A stretch of 64,000 nucleotides of DNA from an uncultured bacterium. GTDB lineage: Bacteria; Hinthialibacterota; Hinthialibacteria; Hinthialibacterales; Hinthialibacteraceae. The DNA is taken from positions 25,099 to 89,098 of the forward strand of contig CAZKYC010000006.1 of assembly GCA_964556895.1 (NCBI GenBank). Direction: 5' to 3'. The stretch's first letter is position 1; each line of letters starts with the position of its first letter. Both the position numbers and the translations under genes were made by a program. Of this stretch, positions 46,374 to 56,472 are shown piece after piece. Below the pieces are notes generated by a model. That model was not told where the DNA came from, ran no database searches, and was given only the letters and a program-made list of their open reading frames with translations.

Positions 46374-48628
46374 TACTCTACCTCGCCAATCAAATCATCC
46401 ACCGCCTGAAGGAGGGTTTCATCATGGAAACTGCTTTTCGTCAGATAATAATCGGCGCCGGCCTCCAGGCCTCGCCTACGGTCTTGTTCACGGTCTTTGT
46501 ACGACACAATCATAACTGGCAGCGATTTTAAACGCTCATCCTGTTTCATTCGCTCGACTAGTTCAAAACCATTTAAACGCGGCATGTCGACATCGGTGAC
46601 AACCAGGTCAAAGTCGCTGCGCCGCAGGGCGTTCCAGCCGTCGATTCCATCGACCGCGGTTTCGACAAAATAGCCATTGTTCTGCAAGAGTTGCCGCTCA
46701 ACTTCGCGGACGGTCAATGAATCATCGACAACCAACACTCTCTTTTGCACTTTTTCAGATAGCGGTTGGTCGCCCTGGTCAATCTTCTTCAACCGTCCCC
46801 CGCTTAGGATGTCGTCTATCGTGCGGAGCAAGTCATCGACATCAAGAACCAATGTCGGCGCACCGTCGTCTAACAGCGACACGGCGCTGATGTCAGCCAC
46901 CTTGCCTAAGCGTGGGTCGAGCGGGCGAATTACCAGCTGGCGAACCCCAATCACCCGGTCAACCACCATCCCATAGGAATGAAAACGGTCGCTCAATAAC
47001 ACAACCGGCCATTGGTCTTCATACTCACACGACTCATCGAGTTCTAACGCCTGCCGGGCTGAAACCAAACCGATATGTTGATCATGAAACGTGACGAACG
47101 GCTGGTCTTCTACACGCCGTATCTGTTTGCGCTCGACGTTAATGACCCGGTTGATACGGGCGACCGGAAAGGCGTAAGGCTCGCCAGCGATTTCTACCAA
47201 TAACGCCCTGACGATAGACAAGGTCAGCGGCAACTGAAGCTCAAAGCGCATGCCCTGCCCCGGCGTGGAAAATGCGCGAACCAACCCGCCAACTTCACGG
47301 ATGGCGTTATGGACGACATCCAACCCAAAACCGCGTCCTGAGATTTCGGTCACTTTGTCAGAGGTTGAAAACCCAGGCAGAAACAGAAACTCCATCAGTT
47401 CCGCCTCTGTCAGTTTGTTGGCCATTTCTTCGGGCGCGAGGCTTTTTTTCACCACCTTGCGGCGGATGGAACCATACCCGATTCCGCGCCCGTCGTCTTG
47501 AATTTCTATGTTCAAAAACCCTGAGCGGTGAGAGGCGGTTAGTTGAACGGTTCCCTCTTCGGGTTTGCCCGCGGCCAAGCGCTCATGTGGAGGTTCAATG
47601 CCATGATCGACTGCATTACGGATTAAATGGTTAAGCGGCGATTCGATTTTTTCTAGTATGTCGCGATCAACTTGAGTGTGATGGCCAATAATTTTGAACT
47701 TGACTTTCTTGCCCAAACTTCGGGATATGTCTCTCACCATTCGAGGGAACGGGCGGATGCCGTCAGTAAATGGCCGCAGTTTGCTCGCGACCACGCCGCG
47801 GTAGAGATTGTTCGACGTGTTTACAGTACGGCGGGCGTGGAGTTCGAAGTCGTTATACAATTCAGTAATCGCTTCATGGCATTCACTCAGTTGGTCAGAA
47901 ATTGATTGCAATGAATACGAATACAACTCGGCGTTGGGGCTTGATTGGATTGACTCGCCTAGACGCTCTACCTGGGCGGCGATGTCGACTTGAGTGGAGC
48001 GCAACTTGAGCAGTGAGTCAGAAAAGGGCCGTAACCACCGGGTTTCGACAAGTGTTTCACCCGCAAGGCCTAACAGCCGGGTCAAATGTTGTTCTGATAC
48101 GCGAACGAACCGGTCTTGGCCGCTGCGGGTTGTTTCGGAATCCACTGTGTTGTCATCTCGGTTTGGATCGGTCTCTTGCGGCCCATCAGAACCAGCCGGT
48201 TCATTTTTGGGTTGAGTGATTTGAAATTTTGGGTCGCGCAGTTTGGTGATGCTTTCTTCAATTTCATGAGCGTGCGCCTGTTTCCATTGCTCAAAATCGC
48301 CGGCTGTTGCTTTGGCGATCTGGGCCAGCTGGTCAACACAAGTCAACAACAGGTCGCTGGCGGCGGCGGCGGGCATCGCGTCTTGTTCGATGGCGGCGCT
48401 AAACATGTCTTCCATCGCGTGAGCCAGTTTCTCAGCAAGACCGACCTGGACGATGCGCGCCGCGCCTTTGAGCGAATGAGACGCTCGCATCAATAACCGC
48501 AACAAATCAGGATCGTCAGACCCGTCTTCGATTTTGAGCAGGCCGTCGCTGAGCGAAGAGGCGTGGGTTTCGACTTCTTGGCGAAACAGGTCAAGCATTG
48601 AAAATTGGCTGAGGTCGTCGGCGTTCAA
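46373..48628 (-). CDS. cheA: Hybrid chemosensory histidine kinase CheA with C-terminal receiver (WspE-like)
   Basis: Hpt HSLKGAARIV, kinase HLIRNAVDHGIE / DDGRGI / GRGFGLD, CheW-like domain, receiver VLVVDDSLTVRE..DLVVTDVDMPRLNG. Confidence 0.9.
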   Translation of the reverse strand: MNADDLSQFSMLDLFRQEVETHASSLSDGLLKIEDGSDDPDLLRLLMRASHSLKGAARIVQVGLAEKLAHAMEDMFSAAIEQDAMPAAAASDLLLTCVDQLAQIAKATAGDFEQWKQAHAHEIEESITKLRDPKFQITQPKNEPAGSDGPQETDPNRDDNTVDSETTRSGQDRFVRVSEQHLTRLLGLAGETLVETRWLRPFSDSLLKLRSTQVDIAAQVERLGESIQSSPNAELYSYSLQSISDQLSECHEAITELYNDFELHARRTVNTSNNLYRGVVASKLRPFTDGIRPFPRMVRDISRSLGKKVKFKIIGHHTQVDRDILEKIESPLNHLIRNAVDHGIEPPHERLAAGKPEEGTVQLTASHRSGFLNIEIQDDGRGIGYGSIRRKVVKKSLAPEEMANKLTEAELMEFLFLPGFSTSDKVTEISGRGFGLDVVHNAIREVGGLVRAFSTPGQGMRFELQLPLTLSIVRALLVEIAGEPYAFPVARINRVINVERKQIRRVEDQPFVTFHDQHIGLVSARQALELDESCEYEDQWPVVLLSDRFHSYGMVVDRVIGVRQLVIRPLDPRLGKVADISAVSLLDDGAPTLVLDVDDLLRTIDDILSGGRLKKIDQGDQPLSEKVQKRVLVVDDSLTVREVERQLLQNNGYFVETAVDGIDGWNALRRSDFDLVVTDVDMPRLNGFELVERMKQDERLKSLPVMIVSYKDREQDRRRGLEAGADYYLTKSSFHDETLLQAVDDLIGEVE

Positions 48629-49302
48629 TAGACGCTCCGTTTCAAGGCTTCGAAAAGTTTGCTTTCATCCAACAGCCCAACAATATCGCCGTGGTAATTG
48701 ATTAACCCTGTGGTGAACGGTTTGGATGACTTGGCCACCGTTGACGGCGGCGCCTGTATCAACGTGGATGAATAACGATGGACGCCAAGAATTTCGTCCG
48801 CCGGGAACGCCCAGCGTTGATCCTGTTGAACGATGACCGCGATTCGAGAATAGATTGACCGCGAAGTTTTCATTCCATCGCAACGGTCTTGAGTGATCCC
48901 CAATATCTGCGCCAATGAGACGCAGAGTTGGATTTCGCCCGCGAGATTGGCCAACCCTAACACTCCTGGGCTTCGCATATGAGGAATTCGGTGAAACGGT
49001 TGTGACTCGTATACCTGGTGAAACGCCTGGGCGCTGATAGCAAGTTTTTCATGGCCCAGCCGAAAGACCACCACCGAACTGGGTTTCTGTACGGTGGAGC
49101 CTTTTTCGAATTCGATAAACCGCCCTGCTTCTTCGATATAGTCTTGAGGCAATTCGCGATTCAACAAGCTGCGTCCTGAGGATGAATAGATAGGGCAGTT
49201 GTGACAATGATTGTATTCAGCGAGTTCTGGGCATGAACGGTCGCCCATAACGCCGATTCGGCCCCAACAGCCTTGAACGTCGGCTTGATGAATGCGGCTC
49301 AT
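48625..49302 (-). CDS. CheW-like coupling protein with Cys-rich N-terminal extension (WspD position)
   Basis: CheW fold from about residue 75; N-terminus CWGRIGVMGDRSCPELAEYNHCHNCP (four Cys, two His). Confidence 0.8.
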   Translation of the reverse strand: MSRIHQADVQGCWGRIGVMGDRSCPELAEYNHCHNCPIYSSSGRSLLNRELPQDYIEEAGRFIEFEKGSTVQKPSSVVVFRLGHEKLAISAQAFHQVYESQPFHRIPHMRSPGVLGLANLAGEIQLCVSLAQILGITQDRCDGMKTSRSIYSRIAVIVQQDQRWAFPADEILGVHRYSSTLIQAPPSTVAKSSKPFTTGLINYHGDIVGLLDESKLFEALKRSVY

Positions 49303-50540
49303 TTCAACACCGCCGTTTCTATTGAATCTGATTTCGAAGCGTCAACACGTTTCAGGCGGCGGCGAAAACGCAACGCAGAACTCTCGTCGCCATTCTGTTG
49401 GCTCAACAACGCCATTTGCGCTAGCGCGCCTTCATGCCCCGGCTCTAAAAACAGCGCTTTTTGGTAAGACGCTTCGGCGGCTTGAGTCTCATTTAACGCC
49501 TGTTGAACAAGGCCATACATGTAATAGGCTTCGGCGTTTGGCGTTTGAGACAGGATGAAGTTTTCGGCGGCGATTCGCGCTTCATTGAGCCAGCCCCGGT
49601 TAGAAAGCGACTGGATGGTTTCAAGCGTCGGCGCGAATGGACCAATCACACTCGCTGCTTTTGGGACATGCCGTGTCGATGGTTTCGCGGGCATTGGCTT
49701 TGACTGGCAAACAGTCGAAGCGGTTTTGGGGGCCATGGTCGGTAGTGGCTGAACCGGAGGGTTGGCTTCTCTTCGGCGGTAGACAAACGCCAATGGTTCG
49801 CGAATGGGTTCAAAACGGTCTGTGATCGAGTGAAGCGCTTCGACGGCGCCGACAAACACCAACCCGCCCGGCGCTAACATGCGGTCAAGAGTTTGCACAA
49901 CCTGCTTGCGCGAGGGCGCGTCTAAATAGATCAATAGGTTTCGGCAAAAGATCACGTCATAGGGTTGTTTGTTCTCGCCAAAGGTTGGGTCAAGCAGGTT
50001 GCCCCACTCGAAATGAACCAGCGGGCGGTAGGGTTCACGCAGGCCGTAACTCCCACCGTTCTGCTCAAAATACCGGTCATGATTGGGGACAGCGTGTCGA
50101 AATGAGTTCGGGCGGTATACCGCTTCTTTCGCTCTCTGAAGCGCGCGCAGGCTAATGTCGAATCCATCAATGTGAAATTCGCTTGGTTTGTACTGATTCT
50201 CCAACAATGCGATTGCAATCGAGTAGGGTTCTTCCCCTTGAGAGCATGGGACGGAAGCGACTCGCAAGACAGACCCTTTGGGGCGCTTTTGCGTCCACGT
50301 TTTCAAGTATTGAAATGGCGCCTGGTCGCGAAAGAACCAGGTTTCAGGCACGACCGCTTCTTCAATCAAACGCTGGCGTTCATCTTCGGATGAGTGCAGC
50401 CGGGCCAAATATTCGCCTTCGTCTGAAATCTCACGCGCGCTCAAACGCCGTTGTATGGCGCGGTCGACCAGCTCGACGCCAATCGAATCAGGATCAAGGC
50501 CAATCTCTTTGGCCAACCAATCTTTGACGCGGTTCATCAT
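49299..50540 (-). CDS. cheR: CheR-type chemotaxis methyltransferase with C-terminal TPR repeats (WspC-like)
   Basis: ETWFFRD, SVPCSQGEEPYS SAM-binding region, IFCRNLLIY; TPR tail AEAYYMYGLVQQALNETQAAEASYQKALFLEP. Confidence 0.85.
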   Translation of the reverse strand: MMNRVKDWLAKEIGLDPDSIGVELVDRAIQRRLSAREISDEGEYLARLHSSEDERQRLIEEAVVPETWFFRDQAPFQYLKTWTQKRPKGSVLRVASVPCSQGEEPYSIAIALLENQYKPSEFHIDGFDISLRALQRAKEAVYRPNSFRHAVPNHDRYFEQNGGSYGLREPYRPLVHFEWGNLLDPTFGENKQPYDVIFCRNLLIYLDAPSRKQVVQTLDRMLAPGGLVFVGAVEALHSITDRFEPIREPLAFVYRRREANPPVQPLPTMAPKTASTVCQSKPMPAKPSTRHVPKAASVIGPFAPTLETIQSLSNRGWLNEARIAAENFILSQTPNAEAYYMYGLVQQALNETQAAEASYQKALFLEPGHEGALAQMALLSQQNGDESSALRFRRRLKRVDASKSDSIETAVLK

Positions 50541-51001
50541 AAGGCGACATTCTTTTGAAGCGATTGATACAAGACATCGCGAATGGTTTCGGGCAAAATT
50601 AAATAGGGGTCAATTCGCTGCACCATCTCGCCGTCATGTTGATAGATCTCAACCAAGTAAGGCGCTTCAATGGTGGTAACGCCAGGCGGCTGAGAATCAG
50701 GCCGCGATAGGTTCAAGGCGTCTGTGGCGCGCTCAACAATCAGGCCTAACGGTTGATGTTCATCTGATGCGGCGTTGACGACTAAAATGCGCGTGCTGAA
50801 CAATGCTTGAGCCGGCGCCCCTTCTAACGCCAAGCGCAGATCAATGGCCGGAGCGACCGCGCCGCGATAATTAAACACGCCAACCACGCCGGTAGGCGCT
50901 TTGGGCGCCGAACGAAATGGAACGAGGGGGACGACCTCAATCACATCCTTCGCGGAGACGGCGTAGCGGTTGGCGCCCAGGGTAAACAGCAGCATCAACA
51001 T
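50537..51001 (-). CDS. cheW: CheW coupling protein (WspB position)
   Basis: 154 aa single CheW domain (LLFTLGANRYAVSAKDVIEVVPL..GVFNYRG). Confidence 0.85.
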   Translation of the reverse strand: MLMLLFTLGANRYAVSAKDVIEVVPLVPFRSAPKAPTGVVGVFNYRGAVAPAIDLRLALEGAPAQALFSTRILVVNAASDEHQPLGLIVERATDALNLSRPDSQPPGVTTIEAPYLVEIYQHDGEMVQRIDPYLILPETIRDVLYQSLQKNVAL

Positions 51002-51007
51002 AGTCGG

Positions 51008-53341
51008 TCAGTCTAACACCTTAAATCGTGAGAACTCGGTTTGAAGGCGCTGAGCGGCTTCGTTTAACTGTGTGGTCGCGTTGTTAAATTCTCGTAATGA
51101 ATTTGCGGTCTGTTCCGCCCCCTCACTCAGTTGGACCATGGCCTGTGTAATCTGCAGCGCCCCTTGCGATTGTAAGTTCATGCCTTCAGTCACGCTCTGG
51201 AACTGAGGCGCGATGCTCTCCTGCACTTCGATGGAGCGGCTGAGTTGCTCGCCGTTTTGGCTGATAATATTCACTGCGCTTTCCACTTCTTTGCTGAAGC
51301 GGTCCATCTCCATCACGCCTGCCGAGACGGCGGACAGCATTTCTTTGACCATCTTTTCGATGTCTAGCGTTGCGACCGCGGTCTGGTCAGCCAGGCGGCG
51401 AATCTCACGGGCGACTACCGAAAAGCCCTGGCCGTATTCCCCTGCTTTTTCGGCTTCGATCGCCGCGTTTAGTGAAAGCAGGTTGGTCTGGTCGGCCACC
51501 TTTGTGATCGTTGTGATAATGCTGTTGATATTATTGGCCTTGTCGTTAATCGCGCCAAATTTGGATGAGAACGAAGACGTCGATTCCACCAACCGGTGCA
51601 TGGTATTGTCAATTTCATCCAACCCTTTTCGTCCAGTATGCACCAACTGAAGGCCTTCGTTGCCAAGTTCGCCGACGTCTTGCATGGTGCTGAGCAATTC
51701 GCGCGAGGTGGCCGAAATTTCTTTCGCCGTCGCGACTACCTGGTTGGTCGAAGAGGCCTGTTCGGCCACGGTTGATTCAAGCTGGCGGGCGGAGGCGGCG
51801 ATTTGGGTGGTGGAGGTTGTCACTTGAATGCCAACCCGTTGAACCTGCTTGACCGTTTGAGAGAGATTGTCAACGAAGGTGTTAAAACTGCACGCCAAGT
51901 GGCCCATCTCACCGGAACATTTTTCTGGGATTCTGCGGGTCAAGTCGGCGTCGCCAGTAGCAAGGTCTTCGAGCTCCCGTGAAACGATTTTGATGGATTG
52001 AGAGATTGACCGAATAATCGGCGCGCCGAACAAGAAGACGATGAGCAACACGATGCCAAAATTGATCAAGATGCCGCGCCCGATGGTGTTTGAGAGGGCG
52101 AACGCTTCTATGCGGTGCATGATGGCGACAATCGACCAATCAAGTCCTGTCATGTAGAGCGGCGTATGCGCGACCAATAGGTGGTCGCCTAAGCCGTTGC
52201 GATATTCCCCAACGCCAGTCGTCATTGAGGCGGCCGCGCGTTCAAACTCACTATCTAACATTTTCAACAAGATCGTCGTGTTGATTTGCTTGATCATTTC
52301 TAATGAAGAGTCTGGGAGGCCTCCGCGCTCGAGTTTTTCTAAAAACTTCGCTTTGTCTACTTCATTGCTTAACTGGCGGTCATCACTTCGCAGCGTGCGG
52401 TCAGATGCGACAAGCAATAGTTGTCCGGTTTCACCCAGTCCGATCTCTTCCCACTGCCCCATGACGGTTACGATGTTATTGATTTCCCAAATTGAGAGTT
52501 GAAAGACAGCTGCTCCGATGAGTTCTTCGCCATTAAAAATAGGAGACACGACAAATGAAGCGGGAATGTTTTGAGACGGTTCATAATATTCAAAATCAAC
52601 GATATGGACGCTATCTGACGAGTCTGACGACATGGCTTTCTTGAAGGCGCGCGCCAGGTTGGTGTCTTTGTAAGGGCCTGTCAATAAATTGGTCGCATAA
52701 TCAAACTCTTTGGCGACTGAATAGACAATGTCGCCGGCAGGAGAGACCAACAGCAGGTCATGAAAGCCAAAGCGGTTGGAATAGTTTCGATACAAGGGGT
52801 GAAACCGCTCATGATGGTGGCTATATAGCGAGTCTTCATCGGCGCTGACTAAGGCTTGTTTTTCGCCATATGGATTTGGGTTTTCTGAGATGTATAAACA
52901 TTGCAGCATTCTGGAAGCGGTATTTTGGGGATACCAGCGTTCAGCCGAAGCTTCGGGCGCGCCCGGAGTTTGCATCGACTGCTCTTCATACCAATTTTTC
53001 AGGTTGGCTTCCAGCGCTTCTTTGTTCTCTTGAAAATTGGCTGGGGGCGAACTCGTTATAAACTCAAACCCTTGGGTAAAGGCCATCATGGCTTCGACCG
53101 TCATCAGGTCTTCAGATATGGTGATGATCTGGTCTGTGATGCGGGAGAAGTAATCTTCGATTTGGTGTTTCTTGGTGTCGCGAATCGACTTCAGCTGATT
53201 GTGGGCCGCTTTTTCTAGGTGTCCGATTGAACGGTAATAGGTCATCGTCCCCATCAACGCAATGGGGGTGATTCCGATGAAAAGCAATAAGAAAAACAAC
53301 TTGGCCCGAATGGTGGTCCTGTCCCACTGGTTATCAGCCAT
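51008..53341 (-). CDS. Methyl-accepting chemotaxis protein with large periplasmic (double-Cache-like) sensor
   Basis: TM1 near residue 15, about 380-aa periplasmic region, TM2, HAMP, signalling hairpin [34 protein letters not shown]. Confidence 0.9.
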   Translation of the reverse strand: MADNQWDRTTIRAKLFFLLLFIGITPIALMGTMTYYRSIGHLEKAAHNQLKSIRDTKKHQIEDYFSRITDQIITISEDLMTVEAMMAFTQGFEFITSSPPANFQENKEALEANLKNWYEEQSMQTPGAPEASAERWYPQNTASRMLQCLYISENPNPYGEKQALVSADEDSLYSHHHERFHPLYRNYSNRFGFHDLLLVSPAGDIVYSVAKEFDYATNLLTGPYKDTNLARAFKKAMSSDSSDSVHIVDFEYYEPSQNIPASFVVSPIFNGEELIGAAVFQLSIWEINNIVTVMGQWEEIGLGETGQLLLVASDRTLRSDDRQLSNEVDKAKFLEKLERGGLPDSSLEMIKQINTTILLKMLDSEFERAAASMTTGVGEYRNGLGDHLLVAHTPLYMTGLDWSIVAIMHRIEAFALSNTIGRGILINFGIVLLIVFLFGAPIIRSISQSIKIVSRELEDLATGDADLTRRIPEKCSGEMGHLACSFNTFVDNLSQTVKQVQRVGIQVTTSTTQIAASARQLESTVAEQASSTNQVVATAKEISATSRELLSTMQDVGELGNEGLQLVHTGRKGLDEIDNTMHRLVESTSSFSSKFGAINDKANNINSIITTITKVADQTNLLSLNAAIEAEKAGEYGQGFSVVAREIRRLADQTAVATLDIEKMVKEMLSAVSAGVMEMDRFSKEVESAVNIISQNGEQLSRSIEVQESIAPQFQSVTEGMNLQSQGALQITQAMVQLSEGAEQTANSLREFNNATTQLNEAAQRLQTEFSRFKVLD

Positions 53342-53611
53342 TCACACGTCTCCACATAAGTCAATCGTTCGTATTGTAATGGGTGTAGTATAGCGTTCTT
53401 TGATGGGCATCCCTATTTTTTGCGCTGATATGTCAGTACTTATCATCTTATCAATTTTTCTCCCCGAAACTGAAAAGAAATTGGGTTCATGTGTCAACCA
53501 TAGTTTACTTAACATCTGTTGTTAAGTGTACTTTATGGATTTATGAGGTTTATCTAGATTCAGAATCAGATTCAGTTAAACCTAATATTTTGAGATGGAT
53601 ATATAAATTTA

Positions 53612-54250
53612 CTATTCTATCGGCTTAGCGGGAATTCCAACAACAGTCGCGCCATCGGGGATGGCTTTCGTGACGACTGCACCCGCCCCGACCATTACAT
53701 CAGAGCCGATTTCGATGCCGGGAAGGACGCTAGCGCCGATGCTGATCTGGCTTCGGTCGCCGATTTTGGCGTTGCCGCCGATTGTAGCGCCAGGGGCGAT
53801 GTGGACTCCGTCTCCAAGTATACAATCATGCTCAACAACGCTGTTGGTGTTGATAATACAATTCTCGCCAATTTTGGCTTCAGCATTGATAACCGCGCCT
53901 GCGATGACTTGGGTTCCCTGCCCCAATTCTGCTGTTGGCGACACTACCGCGCTCGAATGAACCACGGTTATCAACCGCACCCCCTGGGTCGCAAACCACG
54001 CCGCTTTCTCGAGCCGGGTTAGGCTATGGCCAATGGCGACTAAGCCTGAAACGTCTCCCGGCTGGATGTAGTTTTCGACCGCATCACGCGGCGAAATGAC
54101 TGCGGCGCCTAACAGGCGCTCAGCGGAATTAGTTATACGATCATCGATCACTGCGGCAATCTCGGCGCCAACCGCTTGAAGCAACTCAATGACCACTTTG
54201 CCGTGGCCGCCGGCGCCGTATACGAGAATTCGCTTTGGTTCAATGCTCAT
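53612..54250 (-). CDS. NeuD/PglD-family sugar acyltransferase (left-handed beta-helix)
   Basis: ILVYGAGGHGKVV Rossmann-like N-domain plus hexapeptide repeats (IGENCIINTNSVVEHDCILGDGVHIAPGATIGGNAKIGD). Confidence 0.8.
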   Translation of the reverse strand: MSIEPKRILVYGAGGHGKVVIELLQAVGAEIAAVIDDRITNSAERLLGAAVISPRDAVENYIQPGDVSGLVAIGHSLTRLEKAAWFATQGVRLITVVHSSAVVSPTAELGQGTQVIAGAVINAEAKIGENCIINTNSVVEHDCILGDGVHIAPGATIGGNAKIGDRSQISIGASVLPGIEIGSDVMVGAGAVVTKAIPDGATVVGIPAKPIE

Positions 54251-54687
54251 TGTTGTGATAATTTTCCGTCGAGAATTTGTATGGCTGATTGTAACAAGGC
54301 TTCTTCTAATGAATTGGCAACCACTGGCTCAATATCTGGGTGTTTGATCTGCCAGACTTCGCGGGTGGTTTGTACGCCAGGCGTAATGGTCGGGAACATA
54401 CTACTCACCGAACGTACCATCTCAATCAAACTGGATACGCCTGGCATATAAACAAACTCTGAATTTTCAGCCCACCCATCCACACGAACCAGACTTTCGG
54501 CATCAATTGGGGGCAAGACAGGCGTGGCAAGCATAACCAACTGACCGCCGTATTCACCGATCACCCGGTGAGACTGGCCTTGATACAGCGCCAATTCGCC
54601 TGGTTCAGGCTCTAATTCAATCCCAAGCGCGCTGCACTGTTGGGCCAGTTTTTGGTAACCAGGAAGTAATTCGTAGATATCACTCAC
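54247..54687 (-). CDS. Hypothetical 146-aa protein, translationally coupled on both sides
   Basis: GTG at 54687 overlaps the upstream stop (GTGA); its own stop overlaps the acyltransferase ATG (ATGA); no family recognised. Confidence 0.5.
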   Translation of the reverse strand: MSDIYELLPGYQKLAQQCSALGIELEPEPGELALYQGQSHRVIGEYGGQLVMLATPVLPPIDAESLVRVDGWAENSEFVYMPGVSSLIEMVRSVSSMFPTITPGVQTTREVWQIKHPDIEPVVANSLEEALLQSAIQILDGKLSQQ

Positions 54688-56171
54688 AATGGTTGAGATT
54701 CTACACAGAACGGCGGTGATTGAAAGTCGAGGTCGCCAAACACGTGGGCCGAATACGCCCACAGTTTGGCGTCGGGGTTGTTCCAGGATCCAGGCGCCAT
54801 ACCCGCTTTGGCGCATACCGCTTCTAAAAATTCTTCGACGCTCCAGTTTCGCTCGGAGGCGACTTGAGGGAGCAGCGTACCTGAGCGCTGATATCCAGTT
54901 GGGCCAGTTCCCTCAATTTGCAACCCATCGCGCCCAATTCGTATTTCGTTGACATCATCAATCGGCCGCAACGGCGATAACACTGATATCTGAATGTCCG
55001 TCCAAAGCAGTTCCTCTTCAAGCAGGCTCAAAAACCGGTGGTCGTTCATCGCTGATTGCCCCGCCATGTATGGCGCGAGCTGGTAAAGTGGTTCTTCGAC
55101 GGGAGCGAAACGTCCCAAACAACCTCTTAATTCGCCGCGGTTTTTTAACGTAACAAACAACCCGGCATTGACTTTGAGCGACGCAGATTCAGTGGTCGGT
55201 TTGATGGACTTATTGGTCAATTCAGCCAGCACGCCTAAGCGCGCCAGATGTAGTAGCTCTTTTTGTTCGTCTTCACTCAAACGAAATTCTTCCAGCGTTT
55301 TTGAGCGGTCAGGCCAATAGATTGCCAGTGAGCCATAGCCGACCACACGGTCATGGTCGCCCCACTCGCTGTCGCCGCTGTTTTGGTAATGAAGCGTCTT
55401 GGCCTCGGTCGCTCCTAAGGCGCAGGCCGCTTCAACCGTTGTCAACATGGCTGCGCCGCCGCACATCACACAGTGCAAATTTGGGCCGCCATTCTTTTTG
55501 AGTGCGTCTAAGTCATGACGAATGTTATGCGGCGATAGTGATTGAACCGTTTTTAACATCGCCTGGTCAACCAAATTCGCCACATCATATTTAGGGTAAT
55601 GGCTCAAGTCAGACGACACGATGAGTAGCACATTCTTGCTAGAATCGGCCTCTGTTGCTCTCGCGATTCGCCCCCCCACGGTTTTACATAAAACAGCATC
55701 CACCTGAGAGATCAATAGAGACGAAACCCTGGCACGGGGAAACACCGTCTGTACAAAGGGCAAATTCACTTCAACCGAGTGTTCGCCAAAATGCGGCGTC
55801 GGATCGGCCTGGACCGGTTGTCCATCTTTCAGTAATTCGGCATTCAGTTCTTGATCGATATTGATATTGCCTAAGGGGGTTTCATAGCGAACGCCGTCAA
55901 ACACAGACGCGCCGTCTACTCCCTTATGGCCTAAGGCAACAAACAAAACCGTATCGGGATTTTGGTTTTGAACATGGCGGAAGGAACAGCCCGCTACCAG
56001 GCCGGAAAACGGATACCCCGCATGTGGCGCCAACACCGCCAACACGCGGCGGTTTGACGGTTCTACCTCCGCAAGCGACAGAAATTTTTGTATCTCGCTT
56101 GTCAGTTCGACAGGGTCAGCCGGGTAAAACTGTCCTGCGACCGTCGGTTTTAGCGCGTCTGGGGCCTGCAT
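54684..56171 (-). CDS. Fusion of a Memo-like protein (AmmeMemoRadiSam system protein B) and an AMMECR1 domain (protein A)
   Basis: N-terminal AGQFYPADP..VLAPHAGYPFSG..SSDLSHY (Memo); C-terminal LFVTLKNRGELRGCLG..GTLLPQV (AMMECR1). Confidence 0.8.
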   Translation of the reverse strand: MQAPDALKPTVAGQFYPADPVELTSEIQKFLSLAEVEPSNRRVLAVLAPHAGYPFSGLVAGCSFRHVQNQNPDTVLFVALGHKGVDGASVFDGVRYETPLGNINIDQELNAELLKDGQPVQADPTPHFGEHSVEVNLPFVQTVFPRARVSSLLISQVDAVLCKTVGGRIARATEADSSKNVLLIVSSDLSHYPKYDVANLVDQAMLKTVQSLSPHNIRHDLDALKKNGGPNLHCVMCGGAAMLTTVEAACALGATEAKTLHYQNSGDSEWGDHDRVVGYGSLAIYWPDRSKTLEEFRLSEDEQKELLHLARLGVLAELTNKSIKPTTESASLKVNAGLFVTLKNRGELRGCLGRFAPVEEPLYQLAPYMAGQSAMNDHRFLSLLEEELLWTDIQISVLSPLRPIDDVNEIRIGRDGLQIEGTGPTGYQRSGTLLPQVASERNWSVEEFLEAVCAKAGMAPGSWNNPDAKLWAYSAHVFGDLDFQSPPFCVESQPL

Positions 56172-56472
56172 GGAACACCTTTCTCACGCCATCGGAATCG
56201 AAAGATCGAAATGGGATTACAAAGCAAACATGTGTGCAGCCGCCTGGATGCAAACCAGCAAAAACAACGCAAAGAGAAATAGCCCAACTCTCATCGTTTC
56301 CCACACCAACTTCTATCATAACCGTTCTTTTTCAATTCCAAAACACTCAATCTACAATACTACAACCCTTTTCAATTAGAGCAGGTACGATAATATCAAC
56401 GAGACAAATAAACTCCTCAAACGTTATAGTATTGACGAAGCGATCCCGGCCTGAATGAAGAGGATGACAGGC

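Noticed and set aside
54688-54816. 43-codon N-terminal extension of the 146-aa ORF overlapping the Memo/AMMECR1 gene
   Set aside because: The extension overlaps the upstream gene by 133 nt. A GTG forming a GTGA stop/start overlap gives a compact coupled arrangement like the other junctions in the operon.
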